Assembly: GCA_951406725.2 (NCBI GenBank)
Contig: OX597828.1
Coordinates: forward strand, 50,406,001-50,470,000
DNA from: Octopus vulgaris
Taxonomy: Eukaryota
DNA: 64,000 nucleotides
Reading direction: 5' to 3'
Shown piece by piece: positions 56,586 through 64,000 of the stretch. Numbering within the stretch: position 1 is the first letter of the stretch; each line of letters opens with the position of its first letter. The translations under genes and the position numbers were made by a program. Under the pieces are notes generated by a model, which was not told the origin of the DNA, made no database searches, and was given only the letters and a program-made list of their open reading frames with translations.

Positions 56586-57729
56586 ATTAGGCGTAGTCGT
56601 CTTAGTGGCATTAGTAGTAGTAATCGTGGATGCGAAAAGAACAAGATGGAATAAATCGATACATCTGTTGCACACAACTATAAAATAAAAAAATAAAATA
56701 AAAATGGCAGCTTTAGGAAATTGATTTTTCCGGTGGCAGACGGAAAAAATAAAACATTGTGATTTTAGAAAATATTCAGTTATTTTTGATAATAAAAGAA
56801 AAAATTGAAGCTTACTTTGTGAGATTTGACACTTATTTTAACACTCTTTCAACAACTAATGCCCAACAAAAGACAGAGGAGTAAAAAGAAAAATGGATTT
56901 CTAAAACGTTTTATTAAAATCTCTGACGAAAATAGACGCGGACAAAGAAGACTAATAACGGTGAAAAAGGATTTGTAATGTGGTAGTGGGAGTGTGTCAA
57001 TGTAGCTTATGATGAATACTATTGGTCACGTTCAAGCTGAATAGCTAATACCATAATTCTGTCAGTGCTACACTGAATGTTCGCAAGATCAAGGATATGA
57101 CGGGGGAATTGAGGACTTGTACAATAGAAGAAAATCACCATTGATGCATCGTTGAGCGGTTCATGTCAAAGTATTATTTGGGGGATTTGAAATAGAGGTT
57201 TCCCTTCCCACCTTCCTGTGTTGGTTGACGTTAGGGGTATCGCAGCCATTATCTGACCGTCGTGCAATTACTGCGTACAAGAAATGTAGTATTAAATAAA
57301 AATGGAGTTATTTCGGTATGTTGGTTGATTTATTATTATTATTTTTCTTTTGAAGTTACTCTGCAAACTGAGATGTAATTCCGGTGAAAGAATACTGGGA
57401 TAACACCGACAGGGGAGAAAAGGGGGTTATTCGAAGTTTCAGAACAAAGGATTTGTGACCAAACTATGACAGTAAAAGAAAGGATAGATGTCTGACAGAT
57501 TAGAGATTAAAAATCGTTCGAGGGTTGAGTTTGGAGCAACAACAACAACAACAATAACAACAATAATACTAATACTAATAAAATACTAATAAAATAAAAT
57601 CTGTCATTTTTATTTTATTTTATATTTTATTTTATAGTTGTGTGCAACAGATGTATCGATTTATTCCATCTTGTTCTTTTCGCATCCACGATTACTACTA
57701 CTAATGCCACTAAGACGACTACGCCTAAT
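56586..57729. repeat. ~125-bp inverted repeats around ~890 bp
   Basis: 56586-56710 versus 57601-57729. Confidence 0.85.
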
Positions 57730-57754
57730 AATAATAATGACGATGATGATGATG

Positions 57755-57814
<60 letters not shown>

Positions 57815-57821
<7 letters not shown>

Positions 57822-59678
57822 GGCGTTTGATAGCATCCCCCACACATGGATCCTCGAAACACTGGCCATTAACAAAGTAGCACCAACAATCATAAAATTC
57901 ATAGAGCACTCTATGAATAAATGGCAAACAGTCCTACACCTCCAAACAAAAGAGGGACTCATGAAAACCAAAGACATCCCCATTAGAAGAGGAATATTCC
58001 AGGGAGACACGCTCTCTCCACTCCTTTTCTGCTTGGCACTGTCACCTCTATCTGATATGCTAAATAGAACTGGATGCGGATATAAATGTTACGGCAAAAC
58101 GATCATCCACCTTTTATATATGGATGACCTAAAACTATACCCTGCAAATGACAAACAGCTGGAAACACTATTAAAGACAGTTCATGGATTTACCAAAGAA
58201 ATAGATATGAAATTTGGATTAGAAAAATGCGCCAAAGTAACCATGAAAAGAGGAAAACTAGTTAAGAGTAACAACATCACACTAGATAAAACCAATGAAA
58301 TAAAAGAATTAGACCAAAGCCAAACTTACAAATACTTAGGAATCCATGAACTAGATAAGACACAACACACACAAATGAAAGAGAAAATAAAAAAAGAATA
58401 TTATAGACGAGTTAGATCAATACTAAACACAGAGCTCAATGCTAAAAACAAGATAATAGGTATCAACACTTTAGCTGTCCGAGTTATAAGTTACAGCTAC
58501 AATATCCTTAACTGGACACGAAATGAACTGACCAAAATAGATAGGAAAACAAGAAAAATAATGACAGGATCTAGGATGCATCACCCAAAATCTGACATAG
58601 AAAGACTATATATACAACGTATAGAAGGTGGTAGAGGCCTTATACAGCTGGAAAACTACTATAAAATAACCACCATAGGACTGCAAAAATATCTACTTCA
58701 GAAGGAAGGAAAACTGATCCAGATAGCGGCAAAACACGAGCAAAACAAAAAACTGTTCTCAGTATTTAAGGAAGCTGACAAATACAAACAAGAAATCATA
58801 CCACCTAATAAACAAGAAGAAGAAGAAGAAGAAGATGAAGAAACAACAAAAGCTATAAAACAAATGAAATCCAAACTAAAAATAGAACAGCAACGAGTCA
58901 TGATAAAACGATGGCAAGAAAAACCCCTTCATGGTAAATACTGCACTAAACTAAACGCAAAAGAAATAGACAAAGAAAAATCCCAGCAATGGTTGAGAAG
59001 CTCAGGACTCAAAGCAGAAACAGAGGGATTTTTAATTGCAGCACAAGACCAAAGCCTCCCCACCAGAAATTACCAAAAACATGTAATGAAAAGAAATATT
59101 ACAAGTAACTGCAGAATATGTGGAGATGGACAAGAAACAATAAATCATATTATCTCTAGCTGCCCAGTCCTGGCTAAGAAGGAATATATTCACAGACATG
59201 ACAGAGTTGGAACCTACATACATTGGAAGCTATGCCAACATTATGGAATAACAACAGAAAAAAGATGGTATAGGCACACACCAGAAAAGGTCACAGAAAA
59301 CGAGAAAGCAACCATACTCTGGGATATGCCGATACACACAGATAGAGAAATTAAGGCCAACAGACCAGATATAGTTGTCAGAGACCATGAAGAAAAAAAT
59401 GCTTTCTAATTTATGTATCAATACCAGCAGATGACAACGTGTCTCTAAAAGAAATGGAGAAACTCTCAAAATACAAAGACCTGGAAATAGAGGTAACTAG
59501 AATGTGGAATCTGAAAACAGAAACAATTCCTATCATAGTAGGTGCATTAGGCATGATAAAAAAATATTCAGACAAATACATAACAAAAACACCAGGACTT
59601 ACAAACACATATAACATACAGAAAATTGCACTACTAGGCACTGCACACATCCTACGCAGAACACTTTCCATACAATAA
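57815..59678 (+). pseudogene. Reverse transcriptase/RLE ORF of the Dong-like LINE, frameshifted
   Basis: One frameshift near 59400. The second catalytic Asp of the PD..D motif reads IYVS instead of the expected IDVS. The N-terminal poly-Asn in the ORF track is flanking microsatellite. Confidence 0.85.
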
Positions 59679-59772
59679 CCATCAGAGCATCACAACAAAT
59701 CACAGCACATACCCAAGGCACACAGAGCTGCGCTCGGTAGTGAAGTGAAAGCACGCTATAAAAATAAAACTA

Positions 59773-59775
<3 letters not shown>
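57815..59775 (+). mobile_element. 5'-truncated R4/Dong-clade non-LTR retrotransposon (RT, CCHC knuckle, restriction-like endonuclease), probably inactive
   Basis: ORF 57640-59409 carries KKAFDSIPH, GIFQGDTLSPLLF, HLLYMDDLKLY, YKYLG, CRICGDGQETINHIISSC, HRHD and RPDIVV. After a frameshift in the A-run near 59400 it continues as ORF 59439-59678 (EKLSKYKDL...IPIIVGALG...LLGTAHILRR). A 3'UTR of about 100 bp follows, and (AAT)n lies on both sides. Confidence 0.9.
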
Positions 59776-59806
<31 letters not shown>

Positions 59807-59859
59807 GTAATAATAATGATATTGATAAAATGTAAAACGAAAACCAAAAACAGGAAAAC

Positions 59860-60240
59860 TTGAAGGTGATATCGAGACTGGCAAGAAAAGCTCCTGCACG
59901 GGCCATACTCGAAACGTGCTGGAGAAGCTGATGTAGATATTAGAACTCCTCAGTGGCTGGAGAGTGCTGGCTTGAAAGCCGAAACTGAAGGATTTATCCT
60001 AGCAGCACAAGATCATAGCCTTCTCACACAGAACTGTCAGCTAACGACAAACTTTCACTCTGCAATGACAGTAGAACTGTTACAAAAGGTTTGCCTCCTT
60101 GACACGGCCAGAATAATCAGGAAAGTATAAGTCGAAAAGAACAGGTAGCATGGTACCGTAGGCTGCAAGCAGCAAGCCCGCTACGCATGTAAGACTCCAA
60201 GAGTTCCAACAAAATCTGAGAAAAGAGAAAAATAATAATG
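59860..60240 (+). mobile_element. Internally deleted Dong-type LINE 3' fragment
   Basis: WQEKLLHG, QWLESAGLKAETEGFILAAQD, then LLQKVCLLDTARIIRKV*, a 3'UTR and an AAT tail. Confidence 0.7.
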
Positions 60241-60439
60241 ATTATAATGACTCAATTCTGTGCCGTTCATTGATAAAATCACTAATCTTGACGAAAGGTC
60301 TTTGTCAGACTAATCGATTAATTAGTTAAACGGTTGATAATGAAACTTAAGGGAAACAACCAGTGCGTGTGCTTGTATTGGTAGTACGATCATCCTAAAA
60401 TACAATAATATCAGTTTCGAAACACAATTTCACATCAAG

Positions 60440-61200
60440 TATCTCGCAGAATAAATATAAAAATATCTAAAAGCAAAGTAAAAATGTGTGTAGCATTGGT
60501 TATGGAAGAATTAAAACAAAGAATGATTGCGAAAATAACTAAGGTTAAACGATATAAACAACGAATAAATCTACAAACAACTGTATATCCATTAAGGAAT
60601 AGGAAAAAATGTACAACCGGAGTTAATTGGAAATATCAGTAATGAAAGAGTGGTTCCTAATGGATAAAGAAGTAAGAAGTTCTGGAATGGCATTTGGGGG
60701 ATAGAAGCAAGAACACAATGCGAAAGATAAATGAATAAAAGAAGTAAAAGAGGGAAACGCGAAATGATGTAAAAGTTGATAAAATGGTGGTTAACGAACA
60801 CTACCGTTTAATCTCCAACTGGAAAACATCGAACGATATTTAAAGTTACTGGTGAAAGAAATTGAGATCAGTGTACGGAAAAATTGCCTTAAATCTAGAT
60901 AATAGTTTTTGTAATGAACCGCCACCCTTGTGCTTGAAATATGGGAAAATCATTCTGTGATAAAAAGAATCGAAAAAAAAAAAAGAGAAGTAATTGATAA
61001 TTTTCGTCCAGAATGGTGTATTGCACTTAGGTGGAAATTACAAACCGGAATGGTGACAAAAAGTATGTATTAACTCTTTGAGTCATAGCAATTCGAGCAA
61101 AAGAACGAAACAGTTGTAAAAACAACAGCGCAAAAATCAATAACTGATTGACAAATTAATACTGAAAGATTACAAGAAAAGACATATCTATTTAGTAATG
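60440..61200 (+). mobile_element. Old Dong-type LINE fragment (pre-RT/RT)
   Basis: MEELKQRMIAKITKVKRYKQRIN and LIDKLILKDYKKR, heavily decayed. Confidence 0.5.
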
Positions 61201-61351
61201 GTGTCGAGGCATGGCATTATGATTAACAAGTTTGCTTTGGCTTGATTTTAGGTTCAATCCCACTGCATGGGCAAGTGCGTTTTACTGTAGCCTCGGGTCG
61301 AATAATGCCATATGAGTGAATTTGGTGGACGAAACTATGGAAGATCGTTGC

Positions 61352-61391
<40 letters not shown>

Positions 61392-61392
<1 letters not shown>

Positions 61393-62232
61393 AGAGTATA
61401 TAGATTTATATACAGAGACAAGACTTTTTACATGCTAAAGAGTGCAGTTAAACCCAAACCACGAAAAAGATAATTCTAAAGGCACGTCGATAATGGCACT
61501 AGAATGAAAAGAAACAAGAAAATTATTAATTAATCTCGTACTCTAGTTTCCCTATTAACGAGCTAATAAAGTAATTTGTCATCCGTAGTTCATCAGTGTG
61601 ATCGCTAAAGGAATGCATAATTATGTAGCTTTAATTCGTACCGAACACCCGTGCGAGCTCCCAACTTTATACATTATGTATTCAAATCAAGCGCGCAGGC
61701 GCAGTCACATAGGCCAGTAGCAAATAATAAACTTAAACTGTGTGCCATATGGCCTCAGAATTATAAAAAAATTTACTGTATAAATTATAGGGGTAAAATA
61801 TTAGAATAATTTATTACCAGTGATTCGCATGCGTGATAAAAGTCATAAGACACCGTATTTTGATATATAAGAGTGTATAAAGAGTTATACACAGAGAGAA
61901 GAGCCTCGACAGGATGTCTTACATGCTAAAAAGGGCAGTTAAATCCAAACCACGAAAAAGGTAATTCTAAAGGTGCGCCGATAATGGCACTAGAGTGAAT
62001 AGAAACAAGAAAATTATTAATTTATTCCTTGTTAATGAGCAAATAAATTAATTTGTCCTCCATAGTTCATCAGTGGGATCGCTAAAAGTATTCATAATTA
62101 TATAGTGTCAATAAGTACCGCAGATTCCTTCCAGTGCCATTATCGGCGTGCCTTTAGTATGATTTTTTTCGTGATTTGGGTTTAACTGCCCTTTTCAGCA
62201 TTTAAGAAGTCCTGTCAAAGAGCTTTTTTTTT
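61392..62232. mobile_element. Penelope-like pseudo-LTR arrangement: two direct copies and one inverted partial copy
   Basis: 61392-61642 matches 61870-62120, and 62130-62232 is inverted. Confidence 0.5.
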
Positions 62233-62612
62233 CAGTAAACACATTTCATAAGAATTTGAAGGCTAAATTGACAAGTCTAGAATAAGTATCTAGAAAAGCT
62301 GAACTAACAAAAGAAACCATTAACTGTGATGGCAGTATGCCATTCTTGTTCTTTGTTTTTAGAACGACACTGGGAAACTTGGTTTTGTGGAAGACCGGAA
62401 TTGTCTATGAAAGGAGAAAGCAGCATTTTAAAATCAGTCACGTTTTGTTGATGGTGGTTTTAACACTGTTATTAAATTAAAACTGTTAATTTATTTATTA
62501 AATATATTGGAATGGAGTTCGGGAGAAAATATGTGTTATCAAGAAAAGAGGGAAGATTGTGTTAGTTAAAATGATAGTTTTGCCTGAAGGTGAAATAATG
62601 AAGAGTATAGAG

Positions 62613-62728
62613 CACTGGTTCCCAGTCTTTTCACAGTGGTTCCCAGCCTTTTCACAGTGGTTCCCAAACTTTTTATTTAAATGAGTTTTCTCACGGACCC
62701 CTTTTAATATGCTTATCCTTATGTATGT

Positions 62729-62798
<70 letters not shown>

Positions 62799-62896
62799 AC
62801 ACACATATATAAATGAAATCTTTCATTCGGTTCACAGACCCCAGTACTACCTTTGCAGATCACCAAGGGTCGTGGACCCCAGGTTGGGAGCCACTG
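62613..62896. mobile_element. hAT-type MITE
   Basis: TIRs CAGTGGTTCCCA / TGGGAGCCACTG and an 8-bp TSD GTATAGAG (62605-62612, 62897-62904). Confidence 0.85.
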
Positions 62897-63434
62897 GTAT
62901 AGAGGATAGAAGTACAGAATTGTATTAAAAACCAAGATCAAGGAGACTGAAATGAAGGCATTATCGGGCAAAGAATACCAGAGAAGATTAAAATTGTTGT
63001 TAGAGAAAAACAGTAAAGAGGTGGGGGATATTAGCAACAGAAAACGTGAGGGGCACTAGGAATGAAGAATGCATTAGGGGTATGCAAATACAAAAAGAAA
63101 GACACTAGAAAGACGCTAAATACAATAAATACGAGAATCATCAAGGTCAAGGTCTTAAATGAGAAGTTGCAGGAGGATAGGGCTGAAGAAAAGTTGAAAT
63201 TTTGTCAGTGGTGGTGAGTACTCTTGGTACAATCTCGGAGAAAATACTGGTTGAAGAAAATTCTGAGTGAAATTCAAATGGAATTATTAAGGAATATTAG
63301 AGAACACTGAATTATCAGGGACTGTAAAGGTCCCGAAGAAGAGATCGAAAACTGTGCTTATGAAAGAAATCCAAAGAAATCTTTGTCATAGGTCATGATT
63401 CTCTTTGTCTGCTATACACAAAATACTAAAAATG

Positions 63435-63650
63435 GTTTCTAATTTACGCACTAGGCCAACAAATTTGAGTGGAGGGTATTAGTTGATACTATCAACCCAA
63501 GTACGTGACTGATAGTTTATTTTCTCAAACCTGGCTGGAGGAAAGGCGAAGTTGATCTTGGCGGGATTTGAACATGGAACGCAAGGGAAAAACTCGGAAA
63601 AAATACTGCAAGGCAGTTTTTTCCCAGCGCTCTTACGATTCTGCCAATAC
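63435..63650 (-). mobile_element. Old SINE B copy (others at ~43295-43500, 43955-44185, 55880-56040)
   Basis: Degenerate B-box and core matches. Confidence 0.55.
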
Positions 63651-64000
63651 GCTGTATTTTGGAAAATACCATTAATGATAATAATTTCCCTATTAATCTC
63701 AACGTTTCATACATACAACGTTAGAAGATAAGAGTTACAGAAAGCTATGGGGATTGACAAAGCCAAGTTATGTCAATATGAATGTAATATAATGAGCACC
63801 CTAAAAGATTGATACAGATTGCACACTACAGAAGAATTATAAAATTATATTAAAAACAATAATTAAAGCAAAATACAATTTAAATAATAAAAACACAAAT
63901 CACAAATTAACTAGGTGAGAGCCCAGTAGCTGGTCACGTGGGAGGACAGTGCGACACTGCCTGTTTGTTATTAATTATGAAAGGTGACATGAAGCCTTTT

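Noticed and set aside
57640-57814. N-terminal poly-Thr/Asn/Asp extension of the 589-aa ORF
   Set aside because: Chance read-through of an inverted-repeat arm and (AAT)n. LINE homology starts at KKAFDS.

Overview
This is AT-rich, repeat-saturated animal genomic DNA. The SINE families and microsatellite load suggest a coleoid cephalopod such as Octopus (inference). I found no host protein-coding gene. Nearly all ORFs in the track are microsatellite or SINE artefacts. The real coding remnants are all transposon-derived: a nearly intact 5'-truncated R4/Dong-type LINE (RT plus RLE) inside a (TAA)n tract, several decayed relatives, Tc1/mariner, L1/Tx1 and Jockey/CR1-like fragments. The window also holds four tRNA-derived SINE families, a composite non-autonomous Helitron, hAT and mariner MITEs, minisatellites and many fold-back repeats typical of Penelope-like elements (PLEs). 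The main hidden signal is a dispersed set of type I hammerhead ribozyme (HHR) motifs. Three have intact cores (14893, 40675, 42433) and four have a single defect. One of the four sits at the 3' end of a tRNA-headed Pol III element (23384-23694, minus strand), a candidate SINE-retrozyme hybrid. All structures were derived by eye; no folding, alignment or database search was run.
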